Shown in pieces: positions 25,722 through 38,300 of a DNA stretch of 64,000 nt; position 1 is the first letter of the stretch; each line of letters opens with the position of its first letter. The stretch lies in contig JBHGNT010000009.1 of assembly GCA_043228905.1 (NCBI GenBank), forward strand, positions 4,154,001 to 4,218,000, written 5' to 3'. Both the position numbers and the translations under genes were made by a program. The stretch is from Azolla caroliniana (Eukaryota; Plantae; Polypodiophyta). The notes beneath the pieces are model-generated. The model was not told where the DNA came from, ran no database searches, and was given only the letters and a program-made list of their open reading frames with translations.

Positions 25722-26153
25722 TTAGAGCCAGAGAGCTCCGGCGTCTTTGAGGAGGGGGACAAGGGCGCCGCTGATATGGGCGGCCATGACGTGGTCTAGG
25801 CCGCCCACCAGCTTCCCGCCGATGAAGACCGCCGGCGTGGGCGGGGCGCCGTGGCCCACCACCCCAACCAGCGCCTCCCGCAGCTGCCTCCCGCCCACCC
25901 CTTCCAGCTCGTCCAGCTCGTACACGACCGCGTTCACACCTAGCCCGCACAGCAGGCTCTTCACCACGTGGCACATGCAGCACGTGCTCACGCTGAACAC
26001 CACCACCGCGCTCTCGTTGGCCAGCCGCTCGATCATCGCCTCCAGCGGAAGCGCCACCGCCCCTTCCGCCATCTCCATCTCCATCTCCATCTCCTCCTCC
26101 CTTCTCTCCGCCACCATCGCCGCCGCCATTCCCCTCCTCCCGTAGCACTGCAT
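25722..26153 (-). CDS. CC-type glutaredoxin (ROXY family), intronless
   Basis: [29 protein letters not shown]...[37 protein letters not shown]: CCMC active site, LxxLL and ALWL motifs; first in-frame ATG at 26153 (the ORF track starts at a TTG). Confidence 0.95.
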   Translation of the reverse strand: MQCYGRRGMAAAMVAERREEEMEMEMEMAEGAVALPLEAMIERLANESAVVVFSVSTCCMCHVVKSLLCGLGVNAVVYELDELEGVGGRQLREALVGVVGHGAPPTPAVFIGGKLVGGLDHVMAAHISGALVPLLKDAGALWL

Positions 26154-29044
26154 CCTTCCTTCCTTCCTTCTTCTCCCCACACACCTACCGCCGCCCAATT
26201 ACTCCTGGACCTCTCTTCTCCCTATCTTTTGTACTGAAATGAGCGCTCTCGCTTATTATCCCCACAATCCCTTAACTCGATAACGATTGACGGGGGGTTA
26301 GCACGTCCCTCCGGATTACACCAAAATTAATTTGTGGCTGTTGTCGCCGCACGTGTCTTTTATTTTTTTTCCACCCCCCCTTCACCGATCAGAAGAATGC
26401 AGCCACCTCTCTGGCTGATTTTGATTTTCCGCTAAGTTGTTCCGTTTTGCGTTTTTCCCGCTCTCTTCACCGATCTTTTGGTTGCGTATGAATCAAACCC
26501 GGAAAATTGTATGGTATATTGCGGGTAACCCTTCGCACTCTATGGCGTAAAAGAAGAAAACGAACTCAAACTCAGACCTATGATTGATATATATATATGG
26601 TGGCGGCTGGCTAACTCTCTAGCAGGGGAGCTTGCTTTTTTCTTTGTCTGGATTTCCTGCGTTCTGGGGCGAGGCTCTCTCTTGTATCTTTGTATGCAAA
26701 AAACAGAAGAAAAGAAGAAGGGCTAAAGAAAGGGGATCAAAACAGACGGAAGTTAACTTGATCCAATTAGGAACGAGCTACTAAATGTATGTATATATAT
26801 ATATATACCTTCTCTGTCTTACTGATCTCTCTCTCACACACACTCTCTCTTTCTCTCGATTGCTATATATGTATATTATTTGTGTGTGTTTGTGGACTCT
26901 GTGGCGATGCGACAATGTATATAAAATCTGTATTATGTAATAGAAATGTGCGTGCGCCTGTGGGGGAGTGAAAGGGACTTATTTATACTGTATACTTGGA
27001 ACTACTGAAGACTTGATTAGCCTAGTGAAAGGGATTGATTTATACTGTATACTTGGGGCAAATGCGTCTTCCTCGATGGGCTCTTCTTCCGCTTCTGCTT
27101 CTATAATTGGAACTATGATTGACTGGCTCTCGCTATGGTTGTTTTAGCTTTGGGTGGCTATGGTCATCAAATCTCTATACTAAGCCCTTCCTATTTATAT
27201 GACTCCCCCCGTGTACGGCTTCTTGCACGGCTCACCTTTATGCCCTAACCCTCCGGCTTCTAATTAATTCAAAAAACACAGCGGCTGCTCTCTCTCTCTC
27301 TCTCTGGCCTAATGTTTAAGCCTAAGAGGCTTTTGCTACATCTCAATAAAAGTAATGGGGAAGAGGTAAATAGTAATAATATTAGTTTATCAACGTACGT
27401 ATTAAACAGAAAAAACAAACAAAAAAAACAAGACTTCTCTAGGGAAAATAATTAGTTTTGGGAGAGAGAGGGGGGGGGGGGGGGCGGGGGGCGCCACCAA
27501 AGAAGCCTAAGGTTTTGGAAAGGGCTCAAAAAATACATAAATAAATAACCAGCAAACAAGAAAAGAAAAAGCTCTTTATGATTAATTTCATGTAGGCAAA
27601 TACATAAATAAATCGGATTATAAAAAAGACATTTGGGATGGGAATTCCTAAGGCACGCCGATGTGTGCGCGCATGGCTCGAGAATGCCCCCATTTTCCAT
27701 TCTCCTTTCACACTGGCACGTGTGTATGCGTCTGTGCTCTCTCTGTGTGTTTGTGCGTGTTTTTTTTCCCCCTTCTTTGTGTGTGCGCGTACATACACGC
27801 ACAAATACAATCACAGATTATATGATATATCACAGGGCAGGGTGTTATGCTCGCATAGACTTTGAAAATCTTTTGCTTTCTAAGGCGTGCACACATGGAT
27901 GCACATCCACACATGCCAATATAGCACATGTACTTTCCTATCCGCATGCAGACACTATATACACACACATATATATATGTTCTCTTCATATGTACATTAT
28001 TCGTATAAGGCTTATGTATTGCGTGTGCATAACGTGGATATGCATGTATGTGTATACATATATTTAGGAACTTAATACTACGTGTGTTTTGTATTTGTCT
28101 TGTATAATATTGCCTACGTTTGAATGTTTGTAAGTTTATAGGGTGGTAATCACATGAATTTGTACCTATGTATGCAAGCTATAAGTTATATATGTATAAC
28201 GTTGAAGGATTTAGATCAAAGGTGATAAAGGACATTGATTCCAACGAGTATAAAGAAGTGTTGAAGGTGTGAGGTATGTATAGACATGTCTAGGTTTATG
28301 TATGTATACATATTCATGTATTTGTATGTATGTAAGCATGTACGTACGTACGTATATATATACGTATGCATTAGACATGCAGGTGTAGACGGTAATACCA
28401 ATCGATTTCAGTAAGGCTTATATACGTGGATTTGTTCGTATGTGTATGCATGTACAGTTTTAGACCATTGACATTTTACGTCAGCAAACACCGTAAATTT
28501 CTTTGTTCTTTTTGGGTAGTTTGATTACCATTGCCCGCAATCGGGATTCGGATTAAGAAAAAAAAAAGGGAAAAAAAAGCTCTTCTGAAATATGTTATAT
28601 ATTTAATTTGTGTATTGGATGCTTTTTAGCCCTGGATCCGGAAAAAGAAAAAATTGATTAGATTTCTTAGCATAGCATACACAGAGACAAATAAAATAGA
28701 AAAATAACATAAAGAGGAAAGAAAGAAGGGCGGCATTAAAAATTCCCAATTAATTTATTCTTAATCCGTTTTCTTGCGCAGCCAGAAAAATACTTTAAAA
28801 CAACACAAAGATAACAGTGTTTTTTTTCCCCACTTTTTTGTTTGGCGGTTTTTATTAAAGAATCCCAAAATAAAAAACAAAAAAAACAAAACTGGAAATA
28901 AAAGAACACGCAATGATATGATTATTATTATTATTATTATTTTACTGTTATTATTATGATTATTGTTATTATTATTATTATTATTATTATTTTACGCAGT
29001 TTCTCGTTTTTGTTTTTTAGTTTTTATATATATTTTTTGGAAGA

Positions 29045-29345
29045 GAGGCGACGAGGTATTTAACGGTAACGTCCGTTAAGTCGCCAAACACTGGTTTCAC
29101 ACTTTGTCCGGACGCAGGTAAGAGGCTGGCCGCCACGTGGCAAGCATCACGTGCCTGTCACGCGGTCAGTAGAGACGCACGCCCTGTCGTGGGCGCCTTT
29201 CCTTTTGTGCGGCTCGCCTGCCCATCAGCCGCCCATACCAACTTGTTGTATGTGGTGGCGCGCGTGGCCGCCCAATTGCTGAGACGTAGTGTGAACACGG
29301 ACGTGCTGATTGTCCTGGCACGTCTGGATCGCACCACCCAAGTCA
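29045..29345. promoter_or_regulatory. GC-rich island with G-box/ABRE motifs ~3 kb upstream of the ROXY gene
   Basis: GCCACGTGGC at 29132-29141, CACGTG at 29148, further ACGTG/CGCGTG cores, in an otherwise AT-rich context. Confidence 0.45.
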
Positions 29346-32300
29346 TCCATACTACATAAATATATCATTCTTCAATCATCAATTATCGGGAAAAGAAATT
29401 AATATTATAAAAGATCAATAATATGTGGTAGAGATAATTACCAAAGAATGTTTTTACACGTTATATAAGGAATTTATTTACTTATACATACATATGTACA
29501 TATACATGCACAAGTGAGGGTTCAAGTCTCTAGTGTTATTCTTACAAAGTAAAGGTGTTAACATGGATGCGAATTCCACCTAGTATGTGTGCATGTGTGT
29601 GTATGTCATTCCTTAGATCTCTTTAGAAAAGAATTATCGATTCACTTACTTTTTTTTTGCATGACATTCACTAACCGGTTACTTTCGTTAGTAGGTAATC
29701 TCTGTAAATTTAACAACTGGTCACTTTGAATTCAATTTTTTTAATTAATTAATCGTTGGTCGTTAATCTTGTCATGGAGGTGCTCATATCAATTCCCCTT
29801 AGATACTCTTGCTTAATGTTCCAATAATGGATTAGAATGCCCTCATTCTCTCTCATGGGCCAATTTTGGTCTTAGAAGACGTTAATACACCTTTCTTTCT
29901 TTCTTTATCTCTCTCTCTCTCTCTCTCTCATCATTCGATGATCATCATGGTCTCATCATTAACCACCCCACTTCCACTTGCCAACACACTGCTTTAGTAT
30001 CACTTTGTAAGTTCTTTTACCCTTCCCCATCATCACTCATTCCCATTCGTCATGCTTGTCATAAGGAGGTATATAGAAAAGGCTTAACATGTTAAAATTT
30101 CTTTTGGAGTTCAGTGGATATGATGAGTTTGAATTCATTTATCGCAATTTTGGGCCCTTTCTGCACACTCGACCTAATGCTAGATTCTAGAAATAAGGAA
30201 AAGTGTCTAGAAATGTGTCCAAAGTGTGAGTATGTATGAGTATTTGTGCACAAAGGTGCTACCTAGTTTAGCATACATCATGAATTGAGAAAAGTGTTTG
30301 TGAGTGTGCATAAAGGTGTCTGCAATGTTAGCATACATCAACAATTCCAATATCCTTTTAAATAGCGGGAGACCATAGAGAATTTCCACATAATGCTATT
30401 AGGTAACCAATGCAAGACAATGTCATGTTTTGGGTATGCATTTGAGGACTTCTCTAATTTACTATTTCAGAAAAATTATAAATTACAAATTCCTTGAGAG
30501 AGAGAAACATAAGATCTCTTGACATTAACCTAGTGGTTAGTAAAGTGAATTGTGTATTTTATAATATCCATAATCAATATTTTATTCCTATGAAAGATGA
30601 GAGGATTGACGGACAAATAAAAGAATGTCGTAGGTGGTGGCCTTTACCAACATGAGAAAGTGACTAGGGGGATAGAATGACAATTGTAGGATTTATTATC
30701 AAATTAAAATCATAGAAATATCATTGTTCAGGTTTGTGTGAGATGATGATAAGGTGACAATAACTTCTAGCCTAGAAAGTAGCAATTCAATCCACTTGCC
30801 TTGGAAGAACAACAATGCAAAGAGAATGTATTCAATACTTCATTTGGACTTGTCTCAATTCTATTGCATGATTAAAAAGTTCCCTTTGCATTATTGTGAT
30901 TCTCGATATAGTAATGCAATGATCTTGATCCTTCGGTATTTTAACAAGATGGATGGGGGAGCTGTTGGTTAGGACTTGATGCATTGTATTTCGAATTAGC
31001 AATTGAGTTCTTGGTGAATACTTAGTTAATCATATGTTCATTCCAACAAATTACGTAGTCCAATTATCATTGAGCTTACATTATGTGTCAATTTATATGC
31101 ATTTCTAGAACAAAGTTATCTTTTAATTGAACAACTTTGTGTAGTTTGTAATCGGGCCGCACTACATTGAACTTTATCCAATAAATATTTCTATGTATGC
31201 TTGTATATACACACTTATAAGGTTGTACCTAGTGATACACACATGCATCACCACGATATTGTAATAATCATGATTTTATAGGGCCAACGTTTTCAATTTT
31301 TTACCATAAAACCATATGAGCCCACTCTTAGGTTAATTATTATTTTAGTTAGGGGTATGTATGTTGCATTACCAACGTTTCACCATGATCTCTTCACCAC
31401 GTTACCTACATCACTTTATATAATAGCATATGTCCATATATCTGATCCCTAAAGATACGATAAAGTTACCAAATATGTCCTGTGTGCAATGTAATATATA
31501 ATCAATGGGGAGCCAAAACTTTTGCTTAGAATTATGTATTATGGCTAAGAATAGTCTACATTGGCTACTCAAAATTTCAAAAAATAGTGAATATGAACCT
31601 AGTGTATTCTTATTTATTGAGTATATGCTACCAAAGACAACCATGGCACCTCCCTCTCAAACTTATAATCATACTTCCATGTGTTTGGCTTCCAAAGTGT
31701 AAACACATTTGACAAGTAGTGGCATCAAAAGTCCCCAGTCGTATAACTAGTAGATGTGACATATTTAAATATGCAACTTTGTACATTTTCTAGTACAATA
31801 AATTATATCTATAAGACTATAATTGCTATGAATAATCTCTTTAGGAGCTAGGTATTGGTAGGCAAATTATAACTTGCTAATTTCTTTGACTCATGTCCTT
31901 TAGAATTCAACATAATGGTGTTTGCATGCGTTCATCCATGTGTAATACATCTCAAATATATATATATATATATATATATTAATTTTCTCAAATTATTTAA
32001 CCGATTGATATGCATTTATGCTTGTGTATGCATAAATGTCATCACGATTGAACATTGTCATATATAACCTTTTAGTAGTACATATGTATATCAACTTCTT
32101 GAACTTTTGAACCCCTTATCATGTTTTCGAAAACTCTAACCATACACGTAGTTGCATATGTATGTTGTATGTTATTTCTCCCACATTTAGGCATTACTTC
32201 TGAAATCTTCATAAGGGTTCATCCAAACTCACATTGCAATGATATAAATGGAGGCTCTATTATGGGGTGCAATATGTTTTCGACTTCAACACCTCTCAAC

Positions 32301-32927
32301 AAAATAAATAAATAACATCTCGTTTAGTGGGATATTATAGTTAATCAATTGAATAGGTTGGTACCTAGGTGGCTATATATGTATGCATGAAGTAGATTGT
32401 GTAAGATAGCCGAAGAGGGGTTGAGTGGATCATTCAAGCGAGGTGAAGAATGTGTGAGTGGATCAAATGAGAGAATGAATGAAAGGGGGAAGAGAGAGAT
32501 AAGAGGATGAATGTGTGATCGGATCAACAAGTGGTTGAGCAATTGGATAGAGTTGGATGAGAAAAAAGAACACAAATTAGAGCATGTAAAAGAACTTTGA
32601 AACAACCCACAAAGGACAAGTTGGAGACAAGTTGGAGAGAGAGAGAGAGACATGACAAAATTAATAATATATTCACAACAATAATAACAAAGACTAAAGT
32701 CAAGTTCAATTAATAGATTAGTCCTAAGATCACAAATGATATCCTTGTGCTTAACTAGGGGAAAACCTCCTTTTGTTCGTTGCTTCGTATTTCATGTCAC
32801 CTCACCTTTACATGTGTTACACATCTATAAACCCTTTTGATACTTTACAATTTAGCTTATAACCTAAAGTTTTAGGGTCTTGAACTCTTTGATGGATGTG
32901 ACATCATTCCTCTAGTGCAGACTTCTT

Positions 32928-33190
32928 GGAGGATTGGGTTTTTGGGGATACCGAAGATGTGGACTTTCCTAATTGTTTACTTTGCACTATTGAGAGGTTT
33001 GGATGGTTTTGGCAATGGTAGCCCTTCTACAAGACGAAATACCATATTTCTCCCCCTGGAGAATTGGGTTTGTGGGGATACCGAAGATGTGGACTTTCCT
33101 AATTGTTTACTTTGCACTATTGAGAGGTTTGGATGGTTTTTGGCAATGGTCACCCTTCTACAAGAAAAAATACCATATTTCTCCCCCTTT
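32928..33190. repeat. ~132 bp tandem duplication
   Basis: ttgggttt.tggggataccgaagatgtggactttcc...taccatatttctcccc present twice. Confidence 0.9.
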
Positions 33191-35326
33191 CCTCCTTTAA
33201 TGCAAAACTTCTTTTGCAATTGTCTCCATCTGAGAGGTTCACTAGAAACGCCACACAGGTGGATGTCCAGAAATCAAAGACATGTGATTAGCAAGATTCT
33301 AGGAGGCTTGTATGGAATACATTGTGGACACAAATGTGTGGGGAGACGTCAAATTGAGCAACCACTAGGTTGATTTGTTCCTTGACGAGGAAGGGATTTG
33401 ATTGGTTATAGTATAACTTGGCACAAGGGCGGGTAACCATGATGTTGCATCACAAAAACCATACATTATCTCTAACCTTTAATATTAGGGAGGTGGTTTG
33501 TCCAAGTCTCTTGAGTGTCCATGCTTGTTCTTCTACGTAAGTGTTTATAGAGAAATATCCACTTTTTTAGCGTTTATTGGACACACGTTAAATGTTTTAA
33601 TTGTCAAGGTCCTTAGATTAGCTAATGAGTGTCATATCAAATATTACTGCAATGTTAAGAATGCTAATTGATGTCGGCATGGCATTTTATGCCCACAACA
33701 AATAAATTACCCATCTAAACAAGCCACACAAGACTTAATGGCTTCATTCTAATGGGATTCCATGTGCCTTGATTGTGTGAACAACCACTAAATCCTAGAG
33801 TTCATTGTGAATTTACTTCCATTCGTCCCTTTCGATATTGTTGCATGAGGAGTTATGAGAGCCTAAAGACTAGCTCAAAATCTAGAAAAAGATGACTAGG
33901 GCACTCAAACATTAATCAAACAAAAACACTGGGTCATTTGAAACAAGTAATATGTCGCATTTTAAGAATTGTCCATAAAAAAAAGGTACAAAAGTGGTCG
34001 TTTCACAAAAAGGGGCGCCACATGCATAAATATATTGATTTTTAGCATGTCCAAAAGTTTAGGGCTTTCCAAAAATGCCTAAATAATAGACACGTGAAAC
34101 TTACAAAAGAATGTACTACATATTTGTGAATCGACATTTTGATGTAAATACAATATTTATAGTTCATGTATTAGAACAATCACTTCCCAAAGCTATGCCA
34201 TCATTTTTAGACCCATGTGATGAACTAGAAGAGCTTTGTGAGGTCTCATCCTCATAATCACTAGCAACCAACACATTGTCTTCATCCAATTGCAATCCAA
34301 CATCACCGTGATTGTGAGACATACTCCTTGTTCGTCTTTATGTCATGTCGAGAGCCACATTTGGGATATTCTCTTTTATTATATTGATTGTGGTTTGTCT
34401 TAGATGGTCTGTTTTGGTCAAGGAGAAGTCATACACTAGTATGTCTACATTATCAAGTGTGAGAGTAACATGCTCGGTAGATTCTTTCTTCTCCGCTTTT
34501 TGCTTGTGCCTCTGACATCCTTAACCATCTCTAAAGAGGCCTTCCCAATAAATGCATCTAGGAAATAGGTATGATACCAATGAACCACAATGGACTGAAT
34601 TTGATTGCCTTCTTCATCCTTAATAATTTCAAGAATTTTAGCAATCCAAAAGGGATGGCCCAACTCATCACCCCTAGTTTGACGGCCCAACCACGGTTCG
34701 GAAGCTGCAACTCCAACAAGAGTTGAGCAATGTCTGACAAAAGGACATGTCGGTGGCCGACTATATGACCCGGATGAAAGACATCTACGACTCACTTGCC
34801 TCTATCAACGTAACCCTCGAGGAAGATGAGATGGTGTAGGTGTGTCCGGGGGCCTGGCCTCAAAGTTTGGAGCATTCCGAACAACAGTATGTATAAGGGA
34901 GAATACGCCCTCGTTTTTCGACTTACAATCGATGCTCCTAGTAGAGGAGAACCGTGTGGGTGCATCAATAAACACACACACCGACAACAAGATGATGTAC
35001 ACGGAGGCAGATTGGCCCCATGGTCGTGGACGCGGATCGGCACGTGGTGGAAGCGGCTGACAAGAGTTGAATTGAAGGCACAAGGATGGTGCCGACAACA
35101 GTTCCTGACCCTTCGGAAGCAAGGGGAGTCAAAGTGGCGCTGGAAACCGGCAAGAGAAGACCGTAATGGAATGTTGGTACTGTGGCCGGAAGGGCCATCG
35201 AGAGATCGAGTGCTGGAAGAAGCGTGCCGATTCGGACAAATCCGGATCTGGCAAGGCCAGTCGGGGAAGCTGACAAAGGTCACACTACGCAGAAGGACCA
35301 TAAGGATTCGGTTTTGAAAATGGAGC

Positions 35327-38300
35327 TGTCATTATATGGCAAGACTCGAACCCATGACCTTATGCTACATGGGTCGAGCTCTTGACCATTAGACCATATA
35401 TTGTAATATGTAAAATATTATTTTCATTTATGTTTTATTATCAAAAGTTGATCTATATTCTAGATTTCTCTGGAACATTCTAGAAACTTCAGGAGTATTC
35501 CTTAGAACACTATAAAAGGAGGCACAAGGCATTATTTCGAACCAAATCGGTTCAACGCTAGTCTTAAGCCTCCTAGCTACTACTGTACATTCTCTTCACA
35601 TAATATATATATCTTTTCTTATCATCACTCTCTCACTCTCTCTCTCTCTCTCTCTCTCTCCCTCCCTCTCACTCACTCTTTCCTTCTCTCGAGAGTTCTT
35701 CACCTCTCTTAGTACTAATACTTCTTTTAGTACTAATTCCTTCTCTGTCTTAGTACTGTTCCTGATAGTTTGAACCGATTTAGTTCGAGTTGTTGTACAC
35801 GTAACGTCAGCTCCCCATGTTGTTGTTTTTCCAGCGCTATTTGTTGAAGATCCCCCAACAAACGATGATTTTCTTGTTCTAGTGATACAAATGCATCCTT
35901 CTCGATATCCCACCGATGCATCACGAGTGGGACTAGTAGGCACTCTCCTTAGTGGCTCCCCCAACAAACGATGATTTTCTTGTTCTAGTGATACAAATGC
36001 ATCCTTCTCAATATCCCACTGATGCATCACGAGTGGGACTAGTAGGCACTCTCCTTAGTGGCTCAACGTTAGCATGGTTTGCTCCATTGTTGGAAAAGGA
36101 ATCTCCATTACTAAACAGTTTTGAAGAATTTATAAGTGAGTTTAAGGCCTGTTTTGGAGATACTGACAGGATAAGGACTGCAATCAACAAAATCCGGCGA
36201 TTACGCCAAGGTGACCATCTAGCCTCCACATACGTTGTAGATTTCCGCCTACTCGCTGCAGATATCCCTTGGGATGATCACGTGTTGATGGAGCAATTTC
36301 GTTATGGTTTACGCAACGATGTCAAGGATTTACTCTTGACCTTCCCCGAAGAGCCAAAGTCATTAACAGAAGCAATCAGTCGCGCAGTGAGCGACAAACG
36401 CCTCTTCGAACGATGTTCGGAATGACAATTCCAGATTCTGAGGGCAAGATCAGAGCCTACCTACGCCTCAGTGGTAGCGAAACCTTTTCCGAGGGAGTCA
36501 TATAATGCATCTCCAGTAAGTACTCCAACTCCAATGGAAATTGATACCACACATCGTCGTGGACCGCTATCGGAAGAAGAAAAGCAACAATGCCGAGCAA
36601 ACTGACTATGTCTTTATTGCGGTGGACCAGGGCATATCGCGGTAAATTGTCCCCATAGGCCAAGAAGGCAGGTAAACCAAATAGTTGCTAGTTCTGATTG
36701 TACTAAACTCGAGTCTATTTTAGTAGGGATATTTGATTGTTCTAATAGTACTAATAGCCCAAATCTAGCAAACAAATTTGATGTCCTTAGTCAGTTAGAA
36801 GAAGAGTTAAACGACTAAGTCCAGCCAAAATAGGAGCCGTTTGGTTGGACAGCCCTAGATCTGTGCAACCCATTAGTGGTTCCATTCCCTCTAAGCAAGT
36901 TAGCAATGTGTTCGTAGCCCAAGTAACAGTTAGTACTAAAAGTACCCCTCTAGTACATGTCTTATCACTTCTAGATTCCGGAGCTAATTCTTGCTTCATG
37001 GATAGGAACTTTGCCCAAGCTCATCAAATATCACTAAGAAAACACCCGTGTCCAGCCTCTGTAGTAGTCATTGATGGTCATTCCATTGCTTCCGGAAATA
37101 TCATAGAAGAGTCAGAGCTCGTTAATATTGTCCTAGAAAATCTAGCATGTGTAGTATCATTTAATATAATTAACATCCGAAAACACCCCATTGTTTTAGT
37201 AATACCATGGTTCAAATTACATAACCCAGACGTAGATTGGAGAACAAGAGAAATCCGGTATTGAAAAGCCCGAGGATCTACTCATGAGATTGCAACCATT
37301 TCGCTACATCAGTTGCGGGAAGAAGGACGCAAGGAAGAAATGTTTCTCTTCGCAATATTAGTAAAGCCCTCAGACACCATTAAAGAGGAGTCCACCGTTC
37401 AACTTCCAAAGAAGTATCATCATTATGCTGATGTGTTCGATAAAGTACAAGCCAATACACTTCCTCACCATCGACCGTATGATTGCCCCATCAATTTACA
37501 ACTGGGGAAAGAGCCACCATGGGGACCAATCTACAATTTGTCACCAACCGAGCTAGAAGTCCTGCGAGCCTATATAGAGGAGAATTTGGAAAATGGTTTC
37601 ATTCGGCATTCGAAATCTCCAGCCGGCGCACCCATTTTCTTCGTCAAGAAAAAGGATGGATCACTTCGTCTCGTTGTAGATTACTGTGGCTTGAATAATG
37701 TGACAATCAGAAATAGGTATGCACTTCCCCTTATCTAAAGCCTTTTAGAACGGATCAATGGTGCCAAGTTCTTCATGAAGATCGACTTACGGGGAGTCTA
37801 TAACCTCGTACGGATCTGACCAGGAGATGAATGGAAGACCACGTTTCGCACTAGATATGGGCACTTCGAGTATATAGTCATGCCGTTCGGCCTCACTAAT
37901 GCGCCAGCAGTCTTCCAACACATGGCAAATGATATATTCCGAGATCTCTTGGATGTTTGTTTGATCATCTATTTGGATGATCTACTCGTTTATTCGAAGA
38001 CCCAAGAAGAGCATGATTCTCATGTACTGTTAGTACTAAAATGACTTCGAGAACATGGTCTTTATGCAAAGCTGGAAAAATGTAGTTTTGGGTGCAACTA
38101 GGTGGAATTTCTGGGCTATGTCATTTCCTCGGAAGGCATCTCCATGGACCCAGATAAGGTCAAAACTGTGGTAGAGTGGCAGACTTCGCGTTCGGTGCGA
38201 GATGTGCAATTCTTTTTAGGCTTTGCCAATTTTTACTGGAAGTTCATACAAGATTACTCAAAGCTCGTTCTGCCTCTCACACAACTTACCAGGAAGGGAC

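Noticed and set aside
25630-26237. Overlapping alternative-frame and antisense ORFs over the glutaredoxin
   Set aside because: By-products of very high GC content
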